A stretch of DNA of 63,013 bases, filler included, from Choristocarpus tenellus KU-1152 (GCA_964200185.2; 14 parts of 14 records of this genome joined end to end with filler, not necessarily neighbours in it), one strand, 5' to 3'. Numbered from the whole stretch's first letter, positions 1 to 13,431 are shown. Numbers and translations are program-made. Notes: generated by a model from the sequence alone, not told the origin.

Positions 1-67
1 CCATGGGAAGCCAAGCCCCAAATGGACAAACAGGGCAAAACTCGTACCCTCTAAGATACTTTCACTC
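1..67. mobile_element. MITE family A, terminal fragment (cut by window start)
   Basis: Ends in CTCGTACCCTCTAAGATACTTTCACTC, matching the terminus of full copies at 19198, 35256 and 51717. Confidence 0.85.
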
Positions 68-280
68 GCTTGGCTTCCCATGTCTTTTTTTTATTACATT
101 TTCCTACTCCAAAATGTTTCGGAGTAGGTAAAATGTATACGTTATGAAAAGGTGTGTCCAGAACATGGATATTGAAGCTTCCTAACAAACACGATGCCGA
201 AAATTACATCAAAATCGCAGCATTGGGTTTTGGCCCCCAAATGGACGCGGCTCTACCCTCTAAGTAAGGTACTTTGACTC
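68..280. mobile_element. MITE family A, partial copy in opposite orientation abutting the 1-67 fragment
   Basis: Body aligns by eye to 19198-19454 and 51717-51975. Ends in TACCCTCTAAG(TAAG)GTACTTTGACTC. About 50 bp of the other end is missing. Confidence 0.85.
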
Positions 281-312
281 ATTGATTGATGGGGCGATGA
301 GTAGGGCAGTGT

Positions 313-332
313 CTAACCCTAACCCTAACCCT
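313..332. repeat. Interstitial telomeric repeat, about 3 units of CCCTAA
   Basis: Sequence ctaaccctaaccctaaccct. Confidence 0.9.
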
Positions 333-2872
333 GGAAAGTACCTCCTCATTCCGTCCAACTAATCCAAAATGGTGTGGGGAGGACTACAAACAACATAATC
401 CACAATCACAACAGATTCCGACACCTTTCTTCAAATATGTGGTGGCAGAATAGATCATTTTGGTCATGCCAATAACGATTTCGTGAGCTCGAGCTCCTTC
501 TTGGCCAGACGATTTTCATGGAAACATTTTTCATGGATAGAGGAGGGTAGTATGACAATACTCGTAGAATGGACGGTGGGGGATGTCTGAAGATAATTAC
601 AGATATCCACTGCTCCGCCTATAGCGATAGCGACTACTACTAGAAATATCTCGGCAGAGCGAAAGTAGCATAAAAAAACTGTTTGATTTGACGAAAGGAT
701 TGTTGGAGGAATGGAGCGCCATTTTGGGTTTTCTGTGTGTGTGTTTTAGACATGTGATTTTGGGTACCACCAAACGAACTGGTGCTGGGTAGGTATGGTT
801 GTTTTCCGGCAGTTTCTTCCATGTGATCTCTGAACTATTCCTTCATGATACTCACACATACTATCTGGGTGTAAACGTCCTTGCTTGCACCTGATGCCAA
901 ACATGGGGGAAACAAGCATCCCTTGGGGATGTTTGACTTCATTTGCACTCTGTACCCTCAGCGGCTGATGTTCACTAGCATTCTTGCACTGTTTGCCCCT
1001 CTCTTCAGACTCATTTGTTCTCAGTGCAATGAGGTCTCTTGGATACCAAAAAACGACTTCTTAGTCAATCTTCCCAACATAGCTACTCTTGCAACTTACT
1101 TCCAGCCTCTAAAAGTGGACAACAGGAGGGTGTCGTTCAAGGTCTATGTGGGCGAATGGGGGTAAGGACTTCCCTTCATCAATCCTTCTGACACACGTGG
1201 AAGATGTTGGTGGTTTGAGCTTCGGGATCCAAAAAAACAAGGTACGGGTGTGACCTGCACTCCATTTTTGGTTTGTGTTGGTATCTGTGCCAAATACTCA
1301 CTTGTGGTGAAAATGCTCTTTTTTTCTTTGCTGGGTGTCCATCGCAACCACACCCTCTTGTGAGCATGGTCCCAGTACCTCAAGTTGCAGTTAATTTCTT
1401 TATGGTTTATGTCATCAGAGACCAAAAGAGAACGAGAGGTACCCAGGTTTTGACCGTTTTGCATTTTAAGCCACTTTATTCATCTTTTGCGATCCACCTT
1501 GATTTCTGTGGATAAAGTTCTTAGGTTGACTTGAGAGCATTGATACCTCTATAGTTCGAGTTATTGTAAAATATAATTAAGAAAAAAAATATGTTTTCAC
1601 ATTTGTTAGCATCCTTACAATGCAACGTTGGATACCTCTCGTTTACTTTGCCTGAGAATGTCTCTACAATTACACACACTCAAGCAAACATGATTTTGCA
1701 ATCCTGTTAAGCGATTATCCTGTTGACTTCAGAATTCCGGTGCCTCCCTTGCAATAACCATAATGGGCTACTGCCTACTTTCTATGGCCCAGTGGGGGTG
1801 CTGCAGGGTGCAATACTGAGAGTGGCAATACTGTGAGTGGGAAGGGGTAGCAGGGGAAGGCTGTGTTGCGGGGAAAAGAGAAGAAGGTAAGCTCCGTCAG
1901 TGTGCTCCAGCAGTGCCAGGAGAAAATAAATAAGGGGGGGTTATGCCTGGGTAAACCTGTGGGGGCTGTGCTGGGGAAAAAAGAGAGAGAGCATTCACAA
2001 CGAAGCAGCCACATTTCTTGGGCAGCACCAGGAGGAATGTCACAAGGGGAGGTCTGATTGATTAATCTCTGTGGAAAAAGGGGAGGAGAAGCTCCACCAG
2101 CCAGCAGCCGCAGCAGTACTCCAACTGCACCATGTGCATTCCAGGGTCGGAGGGTTCGGCTGTGCTGGAGGGTGGTCCATTCATCTTTGTGCAAAAATCG
2201 TTGATCAAGCTAAGTATATATTTTTATTTATAGTGGTCGAGTCTGTGCGCAACTTTGACCTAATGAAGACATCACAAGGCAGGACCCTGCCATACACAAC
2301 CTAGAAGAGAAACAATTTCAGGAAACCATCATCTCAATAATGCCTAACAAAAACATTATTAAACTACAAATGGCAGAAGGGTAGTAGGGTTAGGGCTGAA
2401 AGGGAAGTGGGAGGTGTCTGATGACATAAAAAAAATCCACTGTTTTAAAGTGCATCGATAGCACCATTAGAATAATATCACTATTCTGAGTGATCCTACC
2501 AAAAGAAACCTCCTGTGGTCGCGTTAAGAGAGGTAGTAGTTAGATAGCAGACAGAGAGAGGAATAGTGGACAGTGGATAAGACAGAGAGAGGCTGATTCA
2601 TTTTTAAATAAACTCTGTGGGTTTGAAGTCTGTTACGTTACTTTTTTTTGTCATGAAAGGAAATTATACGGTTTTGTTTTATACTATATATTAGGGAGGT
2701 GTGTGTTCAGGACATTCATGTTGTTCCTGGTTTTGATGGGGTGTTGTAAGATACCCCAGTTTGATGTCCGTTTTGAGAGTGATTTTCCTTCGGATTTGGT
2801 TCAGGCAGGGGAATGGAAAAGGAAGGTGAGTTCAGATGATGAAGAAAATTGCCCTTACATCTGACGCGCTCA

Positions 2873-3013
2873 CTCAGGTGACATGGAAATCACTACAGAT
2901 TCATACCGGCCCCGAGTGGACGCCCGATCCCCCTCTAGGATGCTATATGGGTCTTTCACAATCACTCGAAGTAGGATTTTGCGCAAAAAATCTGAGAAAT
3001 CCGTGACGTCCAT
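2873..3013 (-). CDS. Possible first exon of an unknown gene (MDVTDFSDFLRKILLRVIVKDPYSILEGDRASTRGRYESVVISMSP..)
   Basis: ATG at 3013, protein-like composition, ends at a GTGAGC donor. A possible in-phase next exon (KITLKTDIKL) starts near 2787. No family recognised. Confidence 0.3.
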
Positions 3014-3465
3014 TGTGAAAGAACAACAATGGCAAAAACAAATAACAGAGACACCTTCCAACGCTACAAAAGCAAGGAAACCTCTTGTCAAGTCAATTTG
3101 TTCAGACTCAGAGGCTTAACTACCCCAACACAGAACAAATACATTGGTGCTGCACTGTCTGCGCCCACCTATCTACCTCAGTCTCTGGTCTCTACCTTTG
3201 TACTCCAACAACCCCCATCAAACAAAACTTCACCTATGACTCTACATACCATGATGAACCCATATTTTTATTTTATTTTTTCAACGTTCACTGTTTGTCA
3301 CTTCCACAAAACACAGTTTCACATACCACACAAAACTACTCCTTTTATGTATACTGTTCGAAGTATTATTATGAATGTTATCCTATTCTTGTAGTATTAC
3401 TACGATCACGATACTATATATGTGTATATAAAATGTCCTAAACATAAGAATACTATAAGACACTA

Positions 3466-3520
3466 TATTATTATGCCCTCTGACATTTTGCATATGTGTC
3501 AGGGGGGAAACCAATGAAAT
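3466..3520. repeat. Dispersed ~55-bp hairpin repeat (family C); other copies at ~3812-3864 and ~18136-18188
   Basis: TATTATTATGCCCTCTGACATTTTGCA(T/G)ATGTGTCAGGGG occurs three times, with a CTGACA..TGTCAG stem. Confidence 0.8.
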
Positions 3521-3565
3521 CATAATACTATTGTATCCAATGTTACTACCAATTTGTTGTGTGTG

Positions 3566-3671
3566 TCTATATTTCATCTGTTCTACCTCACTCAATTCTC
3601 TTGTGTTCTATGTCTTCTTACATCCTATATTTCATCTGTTGTGCCTCACTCAATTCTCTTGTGTTCTATGT
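3566..3671. repeat. Tandem duplication, ~59-bp period
   Basis: ctatatttcatctgtt...cctcactcaattctcttgtgttctatgt occurs twice. Confidence 0.8.
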
Positions 3672-3881
3672 AATAGATTTCGGAGTTTTGAACCCATTCA
3701 AAAATAATTCGAATCTCCCTGCAAGTCAGATGTACTTTCAAGAAAATGTATCTATTAATGGTTTCTATTGATGATTTGAAATCCACATGGGAAAATCACT
3801 ACAATATTATATATTATTATGCCCACTGACATTTTGCAGATGTGTCAGGGGAAAACCAATGAAAACTATATACATATGTGT

Positions 3882-3981
3882 NNNNNNNNNNNNNNNNNNN
3901 NNNNNNNNNNNNNNNNNNNNNNNNNTTAATTAATTAANNNNNNNNNNNNNNNNNNNNNNNNNNNNNNNNNNNNNNNNNNNN
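3882..3981. other. Artificial contig linker N44-TTAATTAATTAA-N44 (also at 8062, 17008, 19661, 22793, 26307, 32116, 35002, 41331, 44414, 49625, 54210, 59367)
   Basis: Thirteen identical 100-bp spacers. TTAATTAATTAA places stops in all six frames, and genes break off at the linkers. Confidence 0.97.
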
Positions 3982-6900
3982 CCTGTGTGATGTGGGGGGG
4001 TGTGGGTGGGGGGAGTGGGGTGTGTTGGGGGGTTTTGGGGGGGGGGGGGGGGGGGGGGGGGTTATGTGTGTTAGTGCTTGCTTGTGGAGGTGCCAAGGCA
4101 TGATAGGCCACACAATTACTAAGTGCTAGTGGTATGTATTTGATGTTAGTTGGAGGGTGGGCAGTGAGTTGTTTGTGTTGAACACCTTGATTATTTGTCA
4201 GTGATTTGGAAGCGATATCCCTAGCGTTTATATGTTACTCACCATTTCATGTTGATGAACCTAAGAAGTAATATAAAGGAGGTGGAAAATTTGTGAGTGG
4301 TGGGAGTGCCCCATGTCACGGCTGGACCTATCTGACAAATGTATGTATTACCCTGTCTGTGTAGGGTTAAGGAGACAAATCGTCTGAAGGTTGACAATGT
4401 TAGGGTTTGGGTTAGAGCAAAACAGGTACACATTCATGTGGTTGTGTATGGTGGGGTAGGACAGGCGTTGGGGTTGGGAGAGGTACTGAGAAATTACGAG
4501 AAACGGCAAGGCAAGCAAGTTTGTCTGCTGTTGATGGGATTGGCAAGGTCGTAGATGATATGGAATTAATAATAATAATAGTAATATTAGTAAGAATACC
4601 TAATAGCAATATTAGTAAGAATACCAAGTGATCAGAAAGTACACAGAGGGGGAAATCTAAGCAAACTCTCCACTACACGGGAGCCTGAGCTGGGACAACT
4701 GACCTTTTTAAGAGATAAAAAGTCCTGATTGGTTTGTGTGAGCATAGATAGGTAAGTCTAGGCAAGCGTTACGGAAAAACTTGTAGTAAATAGTATTATC
4801 GCGAGTATTATTACCACTAAAAAAGGGTTTCAAAGTGAGTATGTGGCTGGATAAACAAGGACAAGCAAACTGAACAACTCTTGAGACAAAGAAAGGGTAC
4901 CTATAATATACTCGCTCAATCAAGGAGTAATGCACAAGCACCCAAACAAAAACTGGTTTGTACTTAGTAAGTAGTATGGAGTACATGAAAGTAATACGGA
5001 GTATACCTTTTCTGTACAGTGTAGAGCCTCACCATCTTTCAACTAATTGCCGTGCATATTACAGCGTACTGCTCTTGAGTGTAGGTTGCCTCATGACTCA
5101 GCCAGGGCCTCCTCCGCATGCATGTGTGGCAATGTACATAGTGTCTCTAAGACAAGATGACGGTCGGCGTACAGACTACACACATTCCGACGTACATACA
5201 GAAGGTACTGTGGGAGATTTAGTTTTTGTTTTGCTTCATTCAGAGGTGCCAAGACGAACTATACATGAACGACCAATGCAATCAACTGGGTGGATGCCCT
5301 CTATTATGTAAAAAAATGCTCATAGTCAGTAGTAACCCTAACCCAAACTCTGGCTCTAGCTCTAGCCATATCTCTACCCCTGAGCTAGAGTTCGTCAATC
5401 GAATCAAAATCACATAAGCTACAAGAAAATCCATGGATATGTAAGTGGTCAACACTCCACACATATGAAAATAAAACAAGTTGAAAGAAGAGTAAAATAG
5501 TAGTGGTAGGTCATAATGTCTTTTCCCTCACCTCAATTACTTGAAATCAATTATCCTGTCTGCCGCAGTCGAAATTTTACGTACGTATGATGTAGGACAG
5601 TTGCTTTGATGTAAGCATGATTATTTTTCAAATAATCTCGTGTATATTACATAGTTCACATTCAATAATACACAATAAATACATTGCATAATACATACAT
5701 ATTATACACACATGGTAGACGAGTCCGTCTATTTATAAGTTCTGAAGACCCCGTCCTTTTTTGTTAGGTCGGTTTCGTGGCACGCTAGTGATGATGGTGT
5801 GCGCTCCGAAGGAGAGTGAGTAACTGCCCTGACAGAGTTTGTATGAAAACCTGACCGATCATCATGTAATTTGGTGTTCTCACACTTAAGTGCATGGAAA
5901 AAATATGTTTTTACGTTTTAATTGCTTGTACATACACGAATCTGCTGGCATTACGTTGGAGGGTGACCTCACTTACCATCTTCGACATGTTTACCCACTT
6001 GTACAGCAGTAGTGGTTCAGATGCTTTGCACCGAGAAATACTACCGACGCGATCAGTCGACTCCACCATTTTCGCATCTCTTCACCACTGTGGGTACGTT
6101 GCATTGTAGCGATTCCTTTTCACCTTCTCTTTCACCACAATTGACACAATTAGGTGGGTGAATTCTTAACTGAATGCCAGGCTACGGGACTTGTGAGGGA
6201 CTTTACCCATTTAAAACCTTTCTCCGATTACTATGAGTAAAGGCGGTAACCTGTTTTCCTAGGGGAGAAGTGGAGAGGCCGTCAGTTGTGTGTCAGGCGA
6301 CATGGATCCCCAGCATCCATGTAAGAACAAACGGTAAACTAAAGTGGTGGGGGCGCCAACGTTCAATGGTCAAGGGTGGACACACACAACAGGACACGAA
6401 CAACATAGACGAGCAAGTCTAAGAGATGTCTCTGTGGTAGTTCCACTTTGGTCACACAGTGAGGACACAACATGGTTTGTCTTGCCCACTCCTGAGGACA
6501 TTGTTCACCCCTACAACCATGATGGCGACCTTCCCAACTGTTGTTTTCGACAACCCTCAGGTATAACAGGGCAGTCACTTCTCAAGCTTGCTCTACGCCA
6601 TGAAAAGCTGTCAAAAGAAGACGAAATACAGCACACATTGTTCTTCTCTTTCGAGACAAGGGAAAGAGAGGGAGGTCAGGCCAACACACAAACAAATTAC
6701 CACAATGATAAACTGTGGATTACACACGGATAGCTACAGGCTTGAGAGGCGTTCTTGGCACTACCACTACACAGCCAAACTACCCCCAAGCTTTCAACTG
6801 CCTTTTCTGCGCTTGCTTCCACTAGGATGTTCAACTGCCTCTACCCTCTTTTCTTGATCGTACATCATATCTCTATCTCCCTTGGCTGTGGCCGACGCAT

Positions 6901-8161
6901 ATGCCGCATGGTACTTCCTGCCTCGGTGGGCTTGAAAGGTCCCTGTCCCCCATAGGGTTTGGGAATACCCAGTTCGTCTGGTATGTATGCATTGGGGCGT
7001 GGCTCCGCTGTTGTACGCACCTGCATGTTGCAGGAGACAAGGGGTGTGATGTGATTAGGATGGAAGTGGGATGTGCCATCGTTTTTCGAGGGGCATTCCC
7101 ACCCTAATGTGCACTCCTCAAAGCAGAATAGCATAGGCTTGCTAAGGGGGAGTAACTCAGTTCTACTTTGATCAATCAAATGTCTCCCTTTCAGTGCCAG
7201 TCTTGGGTGAAACGATGCTATTAATATTAGTTTGTATTTGACAAGACACACAATACTATGTAAACTTGATGGAACTGTGAACCTATTTCTAGGAACTTCT
7301 TATCTAGGAACCTAGGACTACAAGTTAACACCATTCTGAATGTGTGCATAGATATGCCGCTCTTGCTAACAAAAAATCTTCACAACAAGAGTGGAGCTAG
7401 GTAACACTTGCTTTGAAGAACTTCTTCATCTGTACAAATTGGTGGTGACATTTGTGTTCCTTAAGGAAAAAGAATTGGGCAGGACCTCTGAACAGCTGTA
7501 ATCCGCCAAGCATAGCTTCCTCGTGGGGCGAAGAAAAATGACTGTGTCTATAAGGTCGTTCTCATGCTCTCTGCCAACTTAGGAGTGATGGACACATACA
7601 AGTGCTAACTTGTTTTACATGTGTGTAGTGTGTGTGCGCAGACAATATGCAAGAACATTGATATATTGTCTTGTGATATTGGGATGGCGTCTTTGGCATG
7701 GTTAATTTCAGGGCGCCTTAAAATCCAATTAACAGGCTGTTTATCAACCTGGTTCAAAGAGTCCCTTCTTGGCATGTTCACTTGGTTTTAGACTGTTGAC
7801 ATCTGATACAACTTGTGCCTGTTGCGACAAAGCACTCCACCCGAAATATGAATACTGAACCGGAAATGCAATAACGGGAAGGCCCTACGGGAAGGCCCTA
7901 CGGGGGCGCACTAGCAGCAGTGTTTCTAGCAGCAGTTGCGTTGATGTGAAGGTACAGTTCCGACTTGCCCTCTCAAAGGACAAAGCACCCAACACAAATG
8001 GCCATACAATAATACCAGTAATACCAGTAATATCAGTAAAAAAAAAAAAAAAAAAGAACGCNNNNNNNNNNNNNNNNNNNNNNNNNNNNNNNNNNNNNNN
8101 NNNNNTTAATTAATTAANNNNNNNNNNNNNNNNNNNNNNNNNNNNNNNNNNNNNNNNNNNN

Positions 8162-8186
8162 CCCCCCACCCCAGATACTTTGAGTC
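8162..8186. mobile_element. MITE family B terminal fragment at contig edge
   Basis: C-tract followed by CAGATACTTTGAGTC. Confidence 0.7.
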
Positions 8187-10248
8187 GGAAACATGTCCCT
8201 TTTGCCTACTGTGCATCATGATACTCCCCCTTTGCTCCTACTGCATTTTGTCAGGCAGCCCCATGCATCAACCTCAAAGGCTGAAGATAGTGTGCCATCA
8301 GGTTTGTTCTCCCAGCCTGTGATGTACGCTTACAACAGAAGCTACCAATGAGGGTAGTAAACACTAGTGCTTCATGAACTTATCATACGGCTACAGTAGT
8401 ATGTGGAGTATGTTATTAACATCTTCAGTAAATATTAATCTCCTCAACTGCCATCCCGTGAGTGGCTACTGTTTTACCTGCAGTCCAGATCATACCCATT
8501 TGCACATCTGTAAGCAGGTCGCTGTGCACCACAATCTGACCTTCAGACTTGTTCCATTTGTTGCGATGTACATAAACCTCTGAGAACATTGCTGGGCTGT
8601 TTCTTGCCCTGAGATCCAGCAGGTTCATTACACGTGGTGTTCACACCATGGAGGACTGGATTTCGCAGTGTCAATAGTCAAGTAATTGCCTGGTCGTGCA
8701 CACCTCTAAGGCTGTATGTGCATTGCTTTTCCTGCTTTGATGCACTGCCAAACATTCATAAATCATGATGTGTGTGTGTGTGTGTGTGTGCCTGATACCA
8801 CACTTTGCCAGCATTACTATTTTATGTTCATACTTGCTAGTACAAGCCTGTAGCTATTCTTCAAAAATCACCTAAAAACTCATTCTCCTCGGCACAATAT
8901 TGCTGAAACTTACGATGTATAACTCTGGTCCTTTTCAAAACAATAATATCCCTAGATTTAAACTTGAGAGGGTAAGAAGAGTGAAAAAAAAAAAACACTA
9001 CTGATATCACCGCTAATATTCGCATTGAGTCGAAATACTTTACCCTACCCCGTGCATCAACATATATATATATATATTGTCACCACTATTGCGATGGTTT
9101 CTTGTACATATTCTCAGGATCACTCTTGTGCAGCAGTCCATTGCCTTCAGGACCCTACCATGCCTGGGACACACTCTGCCCTCCTTTGCTGTTGGTCAGG
9201 AGACCTGACCAATTGAAAATATCTTTTCGTTTTTGGGGCTTCTTTTTGTGTTGCAATTGAAACACCTGACGTCATCTGGGGATATTTCTTCGTCACAGTT
9301 CTCACAGATAGCGGTGTCCTGCCAGACAGAGCAAGGATTGTGTGGGAAGCAGGCAGAATTGATACAACGTAGGCACCAACGCCTACACAAACATACACAA
9401 TGCCAAATACCTGCAGTTCGGATTGGGAGTCAAAGGACTCACTAGGTGTTTCTAAGCAATGCATGCACTGCACCTTCCTTTGAGTGTTAGCATTGATCAC
9501 TAGAAGGCACTGTGTACCTCACTCAACCTCTACCCTCCAACCTATCACATCAATCACATTCAACTTTGTCTCTGCCTATCAAGAAATTGAGATGCCACTG
9601 AATTTCTAATGCTGACAATCTTCCGGTCTGAAACAGTACCTTATGGTGCCGTGTCTGATAGGTTCCATTATCCCCCTCAGCGACAAACACATAGAAGTGC
9701 TCCTCCAGAGATGGATCGAACAGGAGGTTCCATCGAGTGCCCCTGACTCCCACCCTTTCCGTTAGCTGTTCATTGAGTATGAGAACATATTCACATGAGT
9801 CAGTTCTAGACGCATATATAGTTGGGGCCAAAGATGGGATCTTGTTCCCTTTAGAGGTGTGCACGAGGGGTGAGCATTGGCAAGATAATTATAGGAATTT
9901 TATTTTCAATATGCAATATAAACATGAATATGAGTACGTTGATATGCAAAATATTGGAGCACTACTCAAAGCCAGTCCAGCTCTTGCAGAAGAATCACTA
10001 CATGATATGAAGTGTTACTCATTTGGTACTCATTCTCTTTGTTCAACCATTTCCATGGCTTTAGATATCAAGTATGGTGTAGCCCAGTCGGCCATTATCT
10101 TTTTTCTCCATGGGTGGTGATTGACTGGTGACCTACTTAACAATGGAAGCCGACAATGGATTTTTTTAAAGACGACCCTGCCCACAATAAATAGTTTTTT
10201 GTGAAAGAACGGGATTGTCTTCTGTTGACATCCTCCTTCAAGTCAAAA

Positions 10249-10430
10249 GACTCAAAGTATCTGGGGGGGGGGAGGGGGGTCGACACCAGGGTGTCCATTT
10301 GGGCCCTGACCAGGAAAAGTGTACCTACATTATCCAACAGATGCATGCAACCAAATCGCCCAAAAATCGCGACATGGAAAAATGGACCCCAAGTGGACAG
10401 TCGGACCCCCCCCCCCAGATACTTTGAACC
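10249..10430. mobile_element. MITE family B, full copy (~180 bp, G-tract TIRs)
   Basis: TIRs GACTCAAAGTATCTGGGGG...CCCCCAGATACTTTGAACC, flanked by AAA/AAA. Body matches the copies at 18440 and 59588. Confidence 0.9.
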
Positions 10431-11311
10431 AAACAATCGAGAGGGGTTTGTGTTTTGGCTCTCTTTTTTAGTCAGTTATAATCTTTTTCTTTTTACTTTG
10501 TTTAAAGAAGCTGAAGGCATTTGAAAAAGGGCAACAATGGGGACACCTTGCTACTACAAGTTGAATGTACCTATGTAGCATAGGTAAAGTGCCCTCCACA
10601 GTTCAGTTGTGAACTGAGTGCTCCAGAAACATGTTCCACCAGAAATTCAGATGAACCCTTAAACTCAGTAGCACCCTCCTCTCTCTCTCGGTTTCTTTGA
10701 CTCTTCAGTTTTTCATGCTTCATGGACTCAATCCAAATTGACTGCAAGCCAAGTATATACTCCCCCCTTAACACTTGAAAGTTTCGAGCATATTTTCATG
10801 AGAAAAGAGCAAGGCATGATGGAACTTAAACCGCCGAAATATGAAGTTGCTATTAACGGTGTTGCCACGTAATTTGAACACAAGGGATATAGAGAGGGGT
10901 ATTCCTAAAACGTTCCCCTAGGAACCTTCCTTTCTAAGGGAGCACTTCCCATCGTGTTACCAGCGAATGAATGCCGTAGATATCGAGAAGGATTCTTGGT
11001 TCCTGAAAGGGAGTCAGTAAAAACCTTGCACAAAATTGCAAAAATATGTAGTTTTTGTGTCTTGTGAAACCTCTACACTACATAAGTAAGGTTTTGAAGA
11101 TAATTAGAGCAATGGTGCTACCATTGTTGTCATACAGTGATGGAGCATAGATTAATACTCAGACAATTCCCTACACAGTACAGGTCAATGCCCGCCCAGA
11201 GCATCAGAGTCCTAGATGCGGATTCTAGAGAGCACATTCCAGTTCAGCAAACAACATGCAGTTCCTATGTAGGGTGCCTGTTGTTTGTGTGCTCCATGCT
11301 CTGGACCTCAC

Positions 11312-13387
11312 CATCCGTTTGAGGGCCTCAAAGTCAGCCTCCTGCTGCTTGGCCTCCTTAGAGAAGCGATCAGCCACTGCCTCTCCCTCCTGTGGAAACA
11401 CATGTAGGGGGGGCGGGTAGGAGAGGATGGGCTGAGGTGCAAAGCGCAATTAACTTGACCAGTGAAAACCTCCACATGATGTGAAATATAGGCCAATGGT
11501 GTAGGTGCTCATTTGGGATTGTAGACACCTATGCTAGTCATTTTTGTTGCTAGGGTTGGGGTATAAGTGTTCCCTAGAAGTATGCCCTAACATCCCGTGT
11601 GCTCAATCTTCCTGCTCGCCCACCCTCACCTGCTTGATGAAGCGTGTCAATATTTGTTGTCTTGCTTTAGCTCTGGCCTCAGCAAGCACCTCCTTGTGGG
11701 GCCGTTTATAGGCCATTCTGGCATGTTTTACACCCAAGCCCACAAAAGAACAGCAACAGGGAAGCGATTCACCACTTGATCTCTATTAACTCCACGGTTG
11801 TGGATAGCAAGTGGACACAGAGTCCTGTGAGTCCTGAAGGCATCATTCTACATCACTCTTTCTCCGACACAATATCATTTATTGTTCACCTCGTAACACC
11901 TACGCATATTATAGTACTCAGGAGCACAGAGAAACTCTTTGCTGCCCCCCACTCTGCACCAATCGACCATCTCTTTGCAAATCCCCTTTCCTTCTCTTTC
12001 TTACTCTGGGGCTCATGTATCGAGTCAAATGTATCGTTACAAGATTGAATGTGTAGTGCACATATATGAGTTCACGGGAGAATGTACCTGGTTGTAAGAG
12101 TCACAGGCCCATTGCCTGTCGAATGTAGACTGGCCAAGGCCAGGAACAAGGTACCCCCCACATCTCCTGCGCGTTGCGTATATTTTGCGTGCAAGAGGTG
12201 GCCATAACTCTGCTGGCATAGGAAGCTGTATTTGGCAGCCCCCTGCTCCATGAGATTGAAAGGAACAAGCAAGTTTTGGGCCAAAGTGGTCATATCTAAG
12301 GGAAGCTACTCTTACCATATTGGGAGGAGGGGTCCATGAACAAGAGTTAGATTTCAGGGGGCGATGGGAAATGCTCCTACGAGATGATATTTTGTACTGT
12401 TCTTCCTGTGCTGGTGCGTTCCTGATTAGGTTTGATTATTGGATTGTACAACATTAATTATCCTTGCCTCTGCTGCTACCCCCTCAGGAATGCTACAGAG
12501 TTCGCACCAAAACAACAGGAAATAAGCACTGTCTTCAAAAAGGTGGTGCTTTCTATGATGCCACTGACATTTACCACCTTGGGTACTGCCGAAAGGATAA
12601 TCCATGCCTCTTCAAAATTGTTTTGAAATCTATGCTATCTGCAAAGTATTTGATCATATTGTTTTCTCTGAACCCCAGATCCCTGCATCATAGTAGTCAC
12701 CTTTGCCTTCCCTGGTACTCCTGAGGAGCCCATCTGTTGATCAGAGATAAAGATCCTACACCTACCAAATGGGCACACTTTGCAGGACCACCTGCTTGGT
12801 GACTATCCATGCATCAGCCTTGCTCTGTGCATCGTCCGCTGTAGCAAGCTCTGTCGCCCTGGCCAGTTGCATTTGCAATCTTCCCTGACTTGCAGATGTG
12901 GCCTCCTCGTAGTAGTCCCAGAGTCTCTCTCTTCACCACAGTTAGAGCAAATGAAACAAACAAAGTAGGGACAACTAATTAAGGCACAGAATTTGTAGGA
13001 AACGCACTCTGCACCTCTAGGGTATGCTGCAGCTGTTGCAATCATAGCAGTATCTGATAATAAAAAATCAGGAAATGATATAGCAATTAACGTTTCCCCT
13101 CCTAGCTACAGGAGAAAATTTTGTCGTAAGTAAAGATGACATAGTGTTGCATGTACCTTAATAACCAGAAACGATCCTACTGAGATGAAAAGTATCCCAT
13201 ATGTGTCTTACTCAAGAACGTACAGAACATATCCATACTTTGCAGTGCTGTGAATTGTAGTGATTCCAATTGCTACAATTCAATTGAATCACCATTAGAA
13301 TTTTCGATTGGAAATGTTTCAGGAAACTCAGTCCCTTGTGCGCATCAATTCAAGCACTGCGTGTATGTCTCGATTACAATTGAACGC

Positions 13388-13431
<44 letters not shown>

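Noticed and set aside
313-332. True chromosome end
   Set aside because: All TTAGGG tracts are about 4 units or fewer, internal and in both orientations.
840-1500. Possible piggyBac-like transposase relic on the minus strand (RCKQGRLHPDSMCEYH)
   Set aside because: Only a weak Cys/His resemblance; no catalytic core or TTAA-bounded TIRs were identified.
3926-3937. TTAATTAATTAA recurring 13 times as a possible biological repeat or CRISPR-like array
   Set aside because: It is always centred in a 100-bp N spacer and gives six-frame stops, so it is an artificial contig joiner.
10137-10524. ORFs with SKYLGGG...PRYFEP recurring at 18401, 59419 and elsewhere
   Set aside because: Translations of non-coding MITE-B.
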